A DNA stretch of 64,000 bases from Eutreptiella sp. 'Long Island Sound 2002' (taxonomy: Eukaryota; Protista; Euglenida), in NCBI GenBank assembly GCA_964036045.1, contig OZ038378.1, forward strand, positions 11,470,001 through 11,534,000, read 5' to 3'. A model generated the notes under the pieces. That model was not told the DNA's origin, made no database searches, and was given only the letters and a program-made list of their open reading frames with translations. The position numbers and the translations under genes are program-made. Shown here in pieces: positions 1-34,892 of the stretch (the first letter of the stretch is position 1; each line of letters begins with the position of its first letter).

Positions 1-3000
1 GACTTCGTTTTCTCAAACGACATGCACATTTCATTTTTGCTTGGCAAGTTGCCACTTGGCACTTGTGCGCCACCCACACGGCATGCGTTGTTGTGGTTGA
101 TTGATTGAGCCGTAATTGAGACACCCACATATTACATCAACATGCTGCCCGTTGAGCCCCCCATCCCCCCCCCCCCCCGATAGTAGACCCACGGGCCTCT
201 TCAAGTGTACATTGCCGAAGCGGGTTTTGTTGAAGTTGAGCCCTGGAACTTGTTTTGACCTTGTACAATGTTTTCAAACTTCATGAAACCATGTGCTCCT
301 AGCGAGCCGGTGTTTTTTGATTTTCATTTTTCCACCGAATAAACTTTTCTTGGTGATGGTGGCATCATTTGGTGACATCAAAATATCACAACAACTGCAT
401 CATGCAAAATTAAGATTCTTGAGGTTTAAGCGGGTTTGGTTTTTATTTTGTGTGTCGCCCATTTCTCGGAATCGTGTGAGAAATTTTCATCCATATTTAA
501 CTTTGAAGTCTCCGGTTCATGGTATCTTGCACATTAGGGCTTGGGGGATCAAGGTTCGCATTTGTTTCTTGACGTGCCCCAACGTGCCTTGAATACTTTG
601 CCGTGAATGCTTGGTGTGTGCCCTTTTGATATGTCTAAGGTTGCATCTTCATCCCACAGACACAGTGATTCTACCCCGTGATTTGTTCGGTTGTAGCATA
701 GATATGTGTTCATGGCATGATATGAGTGTGCTACGCCATCTATCGAAGAGACTCTACCGATGAGCCACACTGCATTCTCCATCACCGCTCAATGGTCGGC
801 ACCGATTGACTGAATGGCCCTTTCAGCCGTTAGTCCAAAGGTGCAACGCTTCGATGCGCTCGTGTGGTGTATGTTACAGCGAGTGGGTAAGGGCGAATAT
901 CATACAAGGCACCACATGGCAGGGCACCATGTGGCGCCAATCAAACCTGCAAAGATTTTCGTTTCGGTGCTTGTACACCTCACCAGCTTCATAGGCTAGA
1001 CCGAAGGATTGCAATCAGGCGATACCATTCGGTATTTTCCAAACCATGACAGTCCCACACTCGCAATTGCAAGTGTGATCTTTGATGCACGATGCATAAT
1101 GGCTAAAAGTGCGGCAATTTGTTGCAATCAACACATGGAGCACAATTGTGACATGGTGATTTTTCTATGATGTGTTGGCATGCTAGCATTTCCTTGTTCT
1201 AAGGATGTCGATGGGGTTCAATCAACTTGCGGAAGGACGGAGTGATGGTACCGGCATGCACGGCTTAAAGGGTGCTACAAGTCGGGGTATTGTCATCCTT
1301 TTCTCATTTACCTAATGCCTCGTGAACGTATATGATGGAAGAGTCAAGGAAGAGGGCAAATGTGCGGTTCAAAAACCAAGAGGTGCGCATAGTCGCAAGC
1401 ACTCGCATGAACACGACAACATTTCTCACATTTGGCTTTCAATCTAAGATGTCTTTAAGCGGTTCCACCCCATAGGTCACACATAGCCTCAAGCTCACTC
1501 ACTTACTCTCACTCTCTATCTCTCTCTATCTCTCTCTGGCTCCTTGTCAGGGTTTGAGGATGACCGTTGTGGATCGCGCTCTCGCTCTGGTGCTGTGGTG
1601 AATTAGTTGTCATCAAAACTAACAAATTGGAAACCATTTTGTAGTTTGCATCCAACGGCAAGGTAGGTGTTCATCATAATTCTTGTGATCTATGAGGAGG
1701 AACGCTTAGGGTGTGTCAGAGGGAGCACGTGGTGAGAGGGTGGCCCGCAAACACGGTGGACACAACCCATGGGTGGCGGCGGGCCAGCAGCATGCAATAC
1801 GTAACCCCCACGCCCACTTAGCCTAGGGGTTGGGGGGTGTCCTAGACTCCGTGCCCGGAGACCATCCCATGGCCTATACGCATGCACCAGGTCTAAGGGG
1901 ACAATGGACATGGTGGCATTCGTGTTGCATGTGCATGGTGACCCAATGCAGCCATTGTGTGCACAGGAAGTGTACTTGTGGGTTGAGATAAAGCACCACA
2001 AAGCAAGGGCGTGTCAAGGGAGGATGCGAGAAGATTCTTCTGGTGTCGTGTGGATCTCTCTCGCATTCGTACCTTTTCATAGCTCATAGCATTTGATAAG
2101 GGTGTTGTGTCCGCCACAAATGGCCGAACGTTATCTTGCTTCGTACTCAAGCTCTGTAGACATGTCGTGGTGAGTGCAGAGGTGGGGGGAGGCAATGGCA
2201 AGGCGGGGGGGAACACGTGGGCTCGCCAAGGGCATTTGGTCGGTTTGATGGGTGGCTAGCCGGGCTAGACATTGCACCCACGTCTCATTAAGCAATTGTA
2301 TGGTGATAACAAGGGCACCCCATTGTTGAATGGTAGGGGGAGCAAGAGGAGTACAAAAACTAATCTTGTTCACAAATGAATTTGAGATGTAGATCTAAAT
2401 GTGATACCGGCAATGGTAAGGTGCTTTATGCCAACTAAGATATGTTGAGGTAGCTATTGTATGGCCAAAGAGGCCTAGGATGAATAGCCTTGGTTGGCGG
2501 CAACTAGAACCCTTGATAACCCCCTTGGGCCATTAAAAAAAAAGGAAAAGAACGGACCTTTCGTTTTGATGGAATGGTTTGTGATTGATGATGAGATTTA
2601 CTTGGATGAATTTTATTTTAACCGAAACACACAACACTACATTTGCATCATTGCGCAAATCACGGAAGAGAGTTTTTTTGTTGTTTTTTGCAACCTGCCC
2701 CTCAAGTCCTCGTAATAGACTTAGCATTGGCCTCCTTTTGTCTGGGTTTTAGTGTCCCGTGGGGGTGCGGGATCAAGCAATGGCATGCATGATGTTAGCT
2801 GGCGCGCATGTGAACAAACTCTTGTGCGAGCAGGACATGGAGGATATTTACGGGAAAGTGCTCAAAGATGGCATGATTCTAATGGGCATTTGTAGTCGTT
2901 AGGCCTTGCGCTGGTACTTTGCATTTTGCTATTGCCAAGGGAAATATTCAAGAATTAGATCGCATTGAAGCGATCATTTCGTTCATGTGACTTCTGAGCG

Positions 3001-6000
3001 GATTGTGAGCTATGTATGTTAGCACTGGGACACCTAGTAATGTTACAAGGCATGAACAGCATCTACATCTGTGGATTCCTGGATAGAGTTATGTGCATAT
3101 GGAAAGGAATACGGGTTCTCTCCCACCTAACAGCGAGAAATGGAGGGGATCTTTTATTGACCCACAAGGAACGGGCCCACAGCAGGTCCTTCCGTAACGT
3201 CAAAAGAATAAAAAAGGCCAGGCCACACTTTAGCCAAAAATGACACACGGGAGGACACTTGACGGGTAACACAACAAGTGACCATTAGCGCCAGGCCAAT
3301 CAACAACGGCGGTTGACCAGTCACATGCAGTAGTCGGCAGTCATGAGACGCGTTGTTAATGCAAAGTTGCATTTCCAAGCACACGGCGACTTCACTATGG
3401 GTTCCACATGTGTCAATGGGGAGCTACGCATGCACAACACGTTGTTGACACACCAACAAGTGCACACAGTAACCAAGTGTGTGGCTGGCATTTACCTCTT
3501 CATGGTTGCTTAGGGACCACTCGCCGTGCCCTCCTTTATCCCTCAATAACATAGTTAGCAATGCTTCTCCGCGGAACAAGAAAGTTGTCTCTCAATTGTA
3601 TGCGGATTTCTCTCCTATGGATTCCCTAATTGTGGAAGTATCACACATGCACCACGTGCATTGCAAGCTCACAAATGCGCAACCCAATTGCCTGTTGTCC
3701 CGTTTCAGAGATAGCATCCACATTGCCCAAATGCATATACCCTGGCACATCCAGAATCCATTGAGGGGGGTGCTTCTAGTTTGGCTAGTTTGACGCCCCC
3801 CCCAGTCCCACACGCAAAGGCTCTTTGTCCTTGAACAATATGCCTGTCCCTCAAGCCAAGATACAATTGAAGTGGCAACACCAAAGCATGCACACCGGTC
3901 AGCCCCAATTACCGGGCATTTGAACAAACTAAGGAAGGAAGGAGCGAACAAAAGAAGGAAGGGCTGAAAGTGCCTAAGGCAGGGGCATTAGTCAATGAGA
4001 ATACCGAATCAATCAATCAATTGGTTCTGTACAATTTAGCCATTAGCATCGCAGCACCCGTCACTCAGGTGGCGTTTGGTTGGCGCCAAAGTAGTGGTAG
4101 TTTGTTGCCAAACGCAAAATGCACTTGTTTTTTTGACATTGTTAGACGAGAGTAGTTCACAAGATTAAAGTGAATAAGGGGTAAGCAAGATCAGTTTCCT
4201 TGGTACCGAGTGGAACATCTATGCAACGTGAAGCGTGCAGGCATCCACCATAGGGTATGGCGTGCAGGGCGAACACAGCAGGCCCCTACTCAGGGCCGTT
4301 GCTTGTTGGCGCCATTGCCGCACAACATGTGCAAACAAGGGTTGCAAGCTGTGCCACCCCTTGGTGCTAAGGCCCCAAGCAAACGGGGAGGGTGAGAGCC
4401 AATGATCTCCGGAGAGACCATGGCCGGTGGGCACTGGAGATTGGGCCACCACCAGATAGACACTGTGTATGGCCAGCCATGGAGGAGCTAGCTCTATACC
4501 AATGTCATGATCTACGTCTTCGCCATACTGTCCTGTTATGCCTCATGGTGACGGAAATAGATGCACGCATACATGTAAGACATAGTGCTAATTTGAGCAA
4601 CACACACACTTGGGGGTGGCGCGCGCACATTTGCTGTTGTTTGTGGGCTTGTATGCTGAGTCCACATGCACACAATTGGTAAGAAATAGAGACGACACAC
4701 ACGTCTGAGGGTGCAGCATGCACACCTACTATTTCAGGGGCTACGACACCATTGGCCTCAGCGACATGGCTGATTTCAGTTGGGTCCCTCCAAATCGTTC
4801 GCAAGGCAGTCACAAAAGGTTTTACATTAGCTGCATCTCCAACCAGAGCCACTTGCACACCCTTAACCAATGCAGGTTTTATGTTGCTACCTCAACGATT
4901 CATGGGTGAGGGATTTCAAGCGGAGGCAGCGCTGGATTTGGAGGTCCACAGACACCGGCCGCCCCCCCAAAGTACATTAGCTGACTTGGTCAAGGACAAC
5001 AAGTACTTTGCACACAACTGATTGTCCACAAGGAACCAAGCGTTGGGGGTTTGACGAAAATTTCCCCTCATGATCTCCCCCCCCCTGTGTCTGATGGCCC
5101 TGCGCCAAAATTGGAGGTGTGGCGAAATTTTCCCCTGATGAAATTTTCCCTGTTGACATTGTCCCCAGGCGAACCCCCCCCCCCCCCTGTAACTGACCAA
5201 TTAGGTTATGCAAAGCACCAATCTACGAACCAGGCACCTCCACTGAATATCCAATTGGCACTCCAGGCTTGAAGCCTACAATATCCACCTTTCCAAATTC
5301 ACGAGCCGCCTGGGAATTATCTTGGGCTGCTGCAGTAGTACCACAGTACCAGTACACACGGTGACCAGATTTAGGGCGGAATCTAGTGTCACGGCTGGAT
5401 CAGCTATCGGGTGCAGCAGCACAGTCCTCAAGTCTGTGTAATAACGGAGATGCCAAAATGGTGCCTTCACAATGCTTGCCCATGGAGGAAAGGTATTCTC
5501 TTCTGTCCAGGCCCAGGATCCGTAGAGCACCATTTCAACCAACACTTCTGCTTGTGCAAAAGATGACTACAGTGTAACATGGATAATTCGCAGTTTGCAC
5601 TTCCTTGTGTTTGCCACTGCCTTTCCCTGACAAAACGCACACAGAGATGCTATGTGGGAAAGGTTGTGCCTGCATACACACTTCAATTGCAGGCACATTT
5701 GGTCCGTGAACATAACCTCCGTAAACAGGCCCCCCAGCCGCCCCCAAACCAACCCAACACAACACAAAGACTCTTCTGCTTGGGCCAAATTTCTGCAGTT
5801 GCGTCACTCGTGGGACAAAGTATTATCATTGTTCGGCAGGGGTGACATGTGGATGATATGGTGAGCTGCCTTCATAAGCTGCTTTCGGCGAGGATTGTCC
5901 ATACCCTGACCCAATTTGCCCTTACCACCGCTGCATCAATTTGGCTCCCCCCTCTCGCATAGAGCGTGTGCCACTATTTTGCTGGCTGATCAGCTTGCAG

Positions 6001-6019
6001 GTGGCCATTGTGTTGCAGA

Positions 6020-25954
<19,935 letters not shown>

Positions 25955-27194
25955 GACCCCCCGGCGTTGTGTGATACTGCGTCATCATTGACTCGAACGC
26001 TGGCAGTTTGAGCCAGTCGTTGACGGCTGCAGTATCCCGCCTGCAAATGATGGGTCGCACAGAGACGGGGGAGCATTCGTTCCTACCGGTAGCATGAAGG
26101 AGGGCTGCTGCCTGTTCCGTGCCCAAGGACAGTGTTGTGTCTAACCTGTGCTGTTTACCTTTTAGACACATCAGGTTCTCTGAGAGGGAAACGTGCATGC
26201 AGTGCACGCGGTGCAATACGCAGTGCGCACCGTAGGAGCACGTGTTTATACTTACATTCATAAACACACTTCTTTGTCGCCAACACAATCCCCTTCAGGG
26301 AACTAGAAAGGTAGTGCAAAGATGTATGAGCTGTGTGGAGTACCCTGCTCTGCCCTTTCTTGTCATTTGTCATATGGGGCTGCATTGCTGGACCGAATGC
26401 AAAACTGCATTGGATGGTGCGTGCTGTGGTGCACATCCAGCAGTTTATGAATGGACGTAACGTCCGATACGAGCCGTGCGGACCGTGGTCGCATTTTCGT
26501 GCAGTCACTTTTGGACAGCCGAAGGCAACCCGCCGCCGTTGTGGAGGCCTCCGTTGTTGTACATGAACCCCTGAAGCCACCACGTCCCTGCCAGCCTGAA
26601 AATCTGCCATAAAATGCGTAAAACAGGTACTCTAAAGGAGCACGCGGTGCGCACGCGGTGTGCGCGTGTTTCCCTCTGAGGCTTGGTGCATTTCTGGAGC
26701 CCCCGGTTGTTAGTCCACTGTCCCTCTCCTGCTTTGTACCGGCGTGCTAGCGTGAAAATCAATGCGCTGTATGCTCATCAGACTCACTGTCTCCCAGGCA
26801 CTGTCCATGATTTGATTCAGGGAATGCCAACCCCACCGCCGTATCCTACTGAGTTGCACGCGGGACACAGCCATAATCTACCGAGTTGCAGGTGCGACAG
26901 GAGCGGGCTTTGACCAAGTGGCAAATGGTGGCGAAACTCAGTTCTCCTGCGCGCGACACCAGTGGCATGTCTGTTGCGCATACGTGAAGCCGAGGAATGG
27001 CTGCCGCCTTCGCACCTTGGGTCTGGGTGCTGCAATGATGAACTGCAATGTGCACAGCATATGCAAGGCACATGCAACCGGATGCTGTGTGCAAGGATGC
27101 TCCATATGTCAAGGGTGGGCGTACCGGCCAACACGTTAGACCAGCTTTCGGCTTTGTGCAGCTTCCACTGGAATGGTGCAGGATGGGAAGAATC

Positions 27195-27222
27195 GGATGA
27201 TGATGATGATGATGATGATGAT

Positions 27223-27276
<54 letters not shown>

Positions 27277-27280
27277 ACAT
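27195..27280. repeat. Compound microsatellite (GAT)n followed by (AC)n
   Basis: Read directly from the sequence. Confidence 0.95.
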
Positions 27281-30200
27281 GGCGCCGAATGCGGCAGCAA
27301 AAAATCCTTTTAGTTCCGGATGCGCCGAGGGACGGGGGGAGATGCGGGGGGTTGGCCCCGAAAGGGGGGGGGGGGGGGCTGGACCGCCTTGCAAAAAAGT
27401 ACTGTTGAAAGCGTCATTGGCTGCGGCTGTGCCCTGGGTTGGCTGGCACTCTCTTCTTCATTGACAGGCAGCTGATCTATGCCCCTGCCCGACCCGCAAG
27501 GGCCGTTTCTCAGCAGAACGGTGAGCCCCCCGGCCCCCCACACGGGGCCCAGACTCCCCCGTCCATTCTAAAGCGTCCGCAGCTTTGGATGGGCAAAGAG
27601 CGAGCCAGTGGACTGTCGCTGGGCCCAGCAGCCCCATGACCGACGGGGCACTCATAGAGCGTGTGGTGGATTGTTGAGCATTGCTCTGCCCATTGGACGG
27701 TGATGATTGCGCTGCACTGACAAGCCCCCATCTTCACGACTCTGCTCCTGCCCGGGAGTTTGTTGAAGGGACACGTCGTTTCCGTTCTTCCAGCAGAGGC
27801 AAGCCCAGGGCCGCAGGTCGGCGGTTGGCGGTCGACCGCCCGCATGTGTGTGTGGGGGAGGCGGGGGGGGGGGGGGGGGGCAACATACCAGTTACGGTGT
27901 GCTACAGGTGTGCTATGTCCACATGCTGCTTGTACCTCTGTGCTGCGTGTACTGAGCGACTGGACCCTTGGTGCAGCGGTTTACCCCTCCAAGAAGTTAG
28001 CGATGTCAGTGAGATTTCACACCAAGGTGCTCGCTAATGGAGAGGGATGACTTGGCTGAACCCAAGTTGTAGTGAGCCCTGAGCACCAGTCGCTGCTGCA
28101 TGGTTCCTGTCTGTGTGTTGCCTGTGCTAGTGTCTTGTCCTGGCTTGCGCTGCAGTTTGCGTTGCAGGACCTGAAGACAGCTCTGATAGCAATGCTCCAA
28201 GTGTACACTCACTGTTTGTACGGTACTGTATGGTATACTACAAGCGTTTGTGTGTGTGTGTGTGTCGTCTGTTTGTTGACAGTTGTGTGTGTGACAACAG
28301 GCATGCTGTCCAACCATACCAACCTCTGTCCCCTCAATCTGATCCTCAATCTCCCCGGGACAAGCAATGCAAACAATCTCCTCCTGAAAACCCAAATCAG
28401 TGCGTACACCCGGAAGTCCCAACCGGCACACACTGCCGCAGCTTTTTTGACCCCCTCCCCCCCCAGATCCGCTACTCATGGGTTCTTTCGCCTCCCATGT
28501 CGTGCTAACCCGCAGTCAACCCCGTCTCCTCTGACCACATCCTTCGACCTCAAAGCACCATCAGCCACTTCAGGCAGTCTTAGTTCTCGTGCTGGTTTTT
28601 CGCCGCAGAATTGCCACAAATGGACAAACCCTTACAATATCACCGGAAGCAACGGTGGGGTTATGGTGGACCAGACCCCCCCGCTGTTCTGTAGCCCTGC
28701 TGTCGAGGGGCCCTCAGGGTTGTCCTGTAGTTCCTCGTAGGAGAGAAAGTTGTGTGCATAGTCCTGTTCTAACCAATCCAGTCGTCTTAGCCTTAGTTGA
28801 TTTTTCTGCCCGGCTTCTGTCTTCATGAGTTTTTTATGAGTCCTCCATGGCTGCCTCATGTGTTGTCCAGGGCCAGGGAGAATGGGACGGACAGAACTTT
28901 GGGAATGAGGTATCATTTTCTTTCTTGTGGTCTCATTAGGATCGACCAACGATTTTCGATGGCAGGGTTGCGGTCAGCCAACGGCGGTGGGTGGTCAACC
29001 GACGATTGTTGCCTGTCAACCGACGCCGGTTGGACCTCAACTGACAGGCGTTGCTGCGATCGAGACGGAGTCCGGCAGAATTGTTTTTCTGCACTGTGAA
29101 CGGCCCTGTGGGCAATGGTGCTGGGCTGGTGTGGAGCTCTACCCTCAGCCCTGTTGGAAATACGAGATTCATGCCTGCCCCGTACAAAAGTCCGTGAGCC
29201 GCAGCCTACCCCTGCTCTCTGCTACGTGGTCTTGCAGGAGTTGCAGATCTTTCTTCTTTTTTTTCTTCTGTATAATGAACACTGCTGGCAGTGGGCAATT
29301 GGTGCGGACGGCAGTTGGCATTGAATTCGCGGCGGCTGGTGGGTCACCAACAGTTATGGGCGGTCAATGGACGATTTTTGCTGGTCGGTTGCATCGGGGT
29401 CCAGGAGCCTGCCTCCTCTGCAGGTTCCTGTGCTTTCGTCATTCCATCTCGTCAGTCTCTCATCTTCGGTGCTCTGCTTGCTGCCAGACGGGCACATCTG
29501 TGGCTGGTCCACTGTTGCCACTCTTGCCCATGCGCCAGTAGTGCAGTCTGGGCCACCACGCCTCCCTGACCATTCCCATCAGCGTGGAGTGCCCTTGTGA
29601 CTCATTGGGCTGCTTGGTCCCTGCAAGCCAACAAACCGCCCTACCTCATTCTTTCAAACCTGTACCTCATTCTTTCAACCTTTGTGGACCTCTTAGTGCA
29701 GAGCTGGGTTGTTTAAAGGCTTTTTTGGGGGGGGCTGTTACATGGGGGTTAGTTTGGTGGCTTTCTTGGGTACGTTATGTTCCAACAGCAGCAGTAGAAA
29801 ATTGTGACCACTGTGGCCCACCCCAACACTGTCCATGGAGCAGGGGTTACGTAGCCACCTCCCCCCTCCCCGCCTCGGGACATCCTTTTCAGCATTTGAC
29901 CAGAATGCACCGCAAACGTTTTCCTTCCTGCGCTGGGAAATTATGATGGGTGAGGGGCACAGTTTTTGTTAACCCAAGACATGCGCCTCAAAAAGATTAG
30001 CTGATGTGGCCATCATTTTTGAGGTATACATGCACGGGCGAGGGGCTGTTCCGCTACCCCCCCCCCCCCCTCCCTTCCCCCGGGTCCCCCACAGACACAC
30101 GGCAGAACACACCATAGGACTACCACAGCAACTGAGAGCCGAAGGAGTGCTTGATCACGGTAGCAGTGGGAGGTAAGACACACAGTATGTAGCATGAAGG

Positions 30201-33200
30201 CAGCACATGCCGATATATAAGTCATCAGGTGAACAAGCACGATAGTTGCAGTTTGATTGTAGATATGGATGCAGTTTTATGACGGATGAATACGTTGTGC
30301 TTCATCTAGATTGTCCATAGCATATCCTCTCGAACACAAGAACTGTTGCAGGTTGAATGATGATTGCGCCTTCCCCCGGGTATCCGGGTCACTGGGACGG
30401 GCGGCTTCGGCTACTCTTAGGCGGTCAGCGTCCTGAAGTGAGTAGCCTTCCCTCCCCCCTGTGCACTGCAGCTACACCACATGCACCCTTCGAGAGTTGA
30501 GTTGAAAAATGACAAATGTTGGGGTCCACCCGCGGGTGTTTCAGGGCTGATGTTATGCTGTTGTGTTTTTGTCTGTGGACTCCAGGGACGCATACAGACA
30601 GCGTCCTGTGTAAACAGCACCACGCCACGAACAGCACGAAGATGTCACAGGCTGTGGCCAGACATGTTCCGTCAAGTTTAGGTCCTTTTACCACTGTTTG
30701 CACAAAGGAGGGGTAGTAGGGTTAGAAGACACTCAGCAACTCAGGCTGGCAGACAGGCATCTGTCAAGTCTGAGCCTTCCTTCATGTCAATGGCTCAAAG
30801 GCTAGACGCTGAGTGGCCATCATCTTGTATACAGCACTATTTTTGCACGTCTTCCCTGCATTCTGCATGGGCCATCTTTGCTTCTCTGTCCAATAATAGG
30901 TTTGTCCAAAGACGGACACCCCATCTGACCGCGCTTTTGTCGAACCACAGATTTTGCGGCGGGCAGGAGACAACAAGTAATGCTGAACATTTCGGATTTC
31001 CACGCTGTAATTTTGTGATAGATGGATATCTTCAATATTTTCCCATGCAGTGGAAGGTGGTAAAGGGATTTTGCTCGAAGTGTGTCCTCCCCGCTGTACA
31101 GTAGCGCACATCGAAGCCAAGCAACATTCCTTTTTTTCCCGTGTTCGGGCATATTTCTTGTTGTCAATTTGCAGGGTGTGCAGGGGTTTCATCTGGGGAT
31201 GCATGCCTGTGATCTGCCACAACGCATGCATCCGTTGCGCAGGCCTGTGTGAGTGCCATGTGCGCGCCGGGTTTGTCTGAAAAAAGACATCCGGTCTGAC
31301 CGCGCTTCTTCTGTACTTCTTCTGCACCCGGCAGGTCTGCGGACAAGGGGAGGGGGGCACATGATCTTGGTCAGAGTGCGCTTCTTCCCCACACAGAGGT
31401 GATAGGATCTTAGGGCCGTATTCTACTCCTGGAGGTAGAGGTCGAGGTAGAGGTGGAAGTAGAGGTAGAGTACCTGGGCAGGTGGCGATCTCCAGCCACC
31501 AGAGACCCAGTACTAGTCCCTTTCGGCTTGCAAGGTCACAGAGGACACCTTAGCGCCCAGGACAGCTTAGTGTTAGCATTTAACCGCCTGTGCCTGTGGT
31601 TCGGTCTCGGCACCGACTGGACAATGTCGTGCACTATGACAACCGAACCAGACAATTGTACGAAAATAGAGGGGAGGCTGCTCGGAACACTTGTGGTATC
31701 TCAGATCATTTGGCTAAAACGCCGGTTGGGCAATCTCGCGGTGTATCTTACTGTACCCAACTGGGAGAGAAAAGGGTTTGCATGAGTACATGGTGAATAG
31801 TGGGCTACGGACGGCGCATCCTCCAAGCATTCTGTGGGGCCTTGTCAGGGCACGGGATCACATTCTGGTTGGTTTTCCGCTCAAATCAGTTGGTTGACAG
31901 TCCTACTGGTGGGCATTGACCGCATGGTTAGGGTGAGGGTAAGAAGCGCAGACGGCAAGGGGAACTTATGCAGTTGGCCAATAGCTATGCTAACCAATGG
32001 TGTGTAATTGGACGTGAGCAACCGCTTTCACTTACGTGTATCCTGCCTTGCCGGGTCGTTTGCAGTGGCAGTCACTGCGACCACACAGTCCTGCGCCAGA
32101 CCCAGGCTGTCATTTGCCCCCCACTTCGCGTACTTGCCCATGGGCACCAGGTGTCAGGCACATTGAAGTAAAGGCACGGAGTTGAGTCCCGTGTGGAATA
32201 GACACCCTTTTTTTTTGGACTGTTGCCCCCCCCCCCTCCCCCCTCCAACAATCGTGGGAACCATTTCATGTTCAGACTGCCGGCGCTGGCAGTGAGTGGA
32301 CGCAACGGAGGCAGAAGCAGCACTTGTCAGCAGAGGGACAGCTGTCCCACTCTCACCGTCAAAATGCGATCTCCCCACCATCTGAGGATAAGATCTGCCT
32401 GACCGCCATTCCAAATTTTGGGCATACCAAGCCCCCCCCCCCCCCCCGCCTGGTAGCAACAAGCGGCCAAAAGCCTCCAGCAACGATTCGGAAGCCTCCA
32501 AGAACATTTGTGGTTAGGGTGCATCGGAAAGGGCCGCCCCCCTCCCCCAACTGGGTGCAGCGCCCTTTCCCGACTGGCGGGCGCTGCACATTCGAATGCC
32601 AATTTGAATCCCTTCTGCGCTGTGAGCATCCAATTCCAGCGGGTTGTGTGTGTGTTCCAGGCTGTGGGGGGACCTCCCGCAGCGCGCACACGACAGCTCC
32701 AGTGACATGTATTCTACATGCATTCTGCTGCACTGCGGGGCAGTGTTCCGTATGTGTGGCTTTGGCGGCTCAGATTCCTGTTTTTTCAGTCGGAAATTCA
32801 CGATTTTTAATCAGTTTGCAGGGAGACTTCGGAAATACTGCTGTCGCGAGTGCGCCGTGCAGGCGCTCCTCCTGCAGGATTCCTCCTGTGGGTGGGGGCT
32901 GTATGCGGGCCTGCACGCCCCTGTTGCTTCTCGCGGTGCTCTGAGCATAGAGACCATACAGGTGCTTGGGGCACGGCTCCGCCTGCTGTATGTGATGGCA
33001 CTTGTAATCGCAGTTGTGGTTGCATTGTGACCGTGAAATGCGATTGCTGTGGCTACTGGAAGCCGTTGAGTGTGCCGGGAAGCGCCCCCTCAATTTTCCA
33101 TTGGACGTCAATCGTGCTTTGCTGTTGTGAAGAGAGGTGATCTGGACGAGAGAGATCGAGGTTTCAGTGTATTACACGACGCCAAATTACACTATACACT

Positions 33201-34401
33201 ACACCACACCACACCACGCCACACACCACACCACGCCACACTACACTTCCTACACTACAGTGCGCTGCGCTCAGGCGCAGCGCGCGGTACAGTACAGAGC
33301 AGCAACTGGCGCCACCCATGGGCAATTTTGTCTCCTTGCATGACAACCATGTAACAACCCAGGCCGGAATTGATACGGCGTAGGTAATACACGAAGGGTA
33401 ACTCAGACGGAGAATGTGAAGGTTGCAGTAATTCCAGCACAACACAACCATGCCCCATGGCTGTCGTTGCTGGAGCACCACACATTTGCCGGTGCCCAGC
33501 AACAAGCACCCATGTGTATCTGTTTTGAAACAGAAGGTGCATGCATGCAGTGTTTCCAGCTTTCTGTCCTCTTTATGGGCCCTGAAATAGACGTTTGTCT
33601 TCCGTTTTTGTTCTGCATTGTCCCTCAAGTTCAAAGTTCGAAGGGGGCCCTGAACCTACGCTGCCCAATATGACCCTCTCCCATTCTGGTGTGATGAGGA
33701 GGGATGATATTAGGACCAATTGCAGGCCATTTATACTCTATTCCAAACCCTTTTATGCCCTGAAAAGCTGATGAACTCGCTATACCCCTTGGGCAATTTT
33801 GGGTTCTCTGCTCAATATTCTGGGCCAATCTGCGCCTTGTGGAGAGATCCATGCACGAGTAGCATTATTAGAGTTTGATCCATCTGTGTAAGGGTGTGCT
33901 GTGGTGCGGTGTGGTGTGGTGTTGTGTGGTGTTGTGTGGTGTGGTGTGGTAGTGTTGTGGTAGTGTTGTTTGGATGGCAGCCGCTGTTCCAATAGCTGTT
34001 CCAGCTTCACTAAGACCAAAGCCCATGATATTGCACAGAATCAGTTGTTACTGCATTTGTGCTTTTGTTATGCATGGGTCTTGGTTTTCTATGGAGCTTG
34101 CATCATGCTCCCCAAAGGAAACAGACGAAAAAAGCATGTGCTTGGTGTTGCTACAAATAAATCATGAGTTCAGCTCTTATTTCGTTTTTCCTTGTTTAGG
34201 AGTTGGGGTAGGTCAGAAACACAAGGAAGTGATACAAACATGGACCATGTTGAAATGGATTTTGGATGCACGAGGTTGCATCCAGTGGGGCGTGCCTGAA
34301 CCCTCACTCAATACCTTTTAATGATGTGAATAGGGTCAACGCAACCTAACAGGCTGACAGGCCTGAGGTGGTGGATGTTGATAGCATGGGTCACAATTGT
34401 A

Positions 34402-34892
34402 CCCCCCCCCCCCCTCTTGTATAAGCTACGCCCTTGTCCAAGCTACAGTAGGCGTAGGGACCATCTTAATTTGGGACCTAATTTTAATTCGGTACCAAAC
34501 GTAGTGCAGCCACATAAGACATGGGTTTGGTGACGGATTTGTGAGTCACATAGAGTCATGGACACATTTGTTGTGAGTGTTTGCCCACTTGAACCCACAT
34601 AGCTCTGATTTTGGGGATGTTTGTGCATTATATGCCCCTTTCTTGCACCAGCTCACCGTGCAATCCTCTCTTTTTGAACCTGGGTGCCCAGTGTTGGTAG
34701 TTGTATGTGTCGCGCGCAAGCTACACCCATGTCCAAGCTACAGTAGTAGTAGTAGTAGCACTGAATGCGAGGGCATAGGTCTGTCGGTGGGGACCTATCG
34801 CTGAACTTTCCACTGTTTATGGCCAAGCTACAATAGGCGTAGGGACCGTATTAATTTGGGACTTTGGCGTGGCTTATACAAGGGGGGGGGGG
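34402..34892. mobile_element. MITE-like element with poly(C)/poly(G)-capped inverted termini of about 30 bp
   Basis: CnTCTTGTATAAGCTACGCC at 34402-34432 versus GGCGTGGCTTATACAAGn at 34866-34892. Internal repeat CCAAGCTACA.TAGGCGTAGGGACC.T.TTAATTTGGGAC at 34438 and 34823. Confidence 0.7.

Noticed and set aside
500-5990. Multi-exon gene or decayed element; protein-like segments on both strands (e.g. 549-785 -, 4392-4572 +, 4728-4858 -, 5285-5552 -)
   Set aside because: No family motif recognised, candidate exons conflict in strand, and they could not be chained in phase. BLASTX and RNA-seq are needed.
28006-28740. Overlapping 157-aa (-) and 222-aa (+) ORFs
   Set aside because: Both run through a (GT)n microsatellite and show no recognisable domain.
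32197-32205. Second SL relic (GTGTCTATT on the minus strand)
   Set aside because: Only 9 nt match, with no T-tract and no adjacent ORF; compatible with chance.
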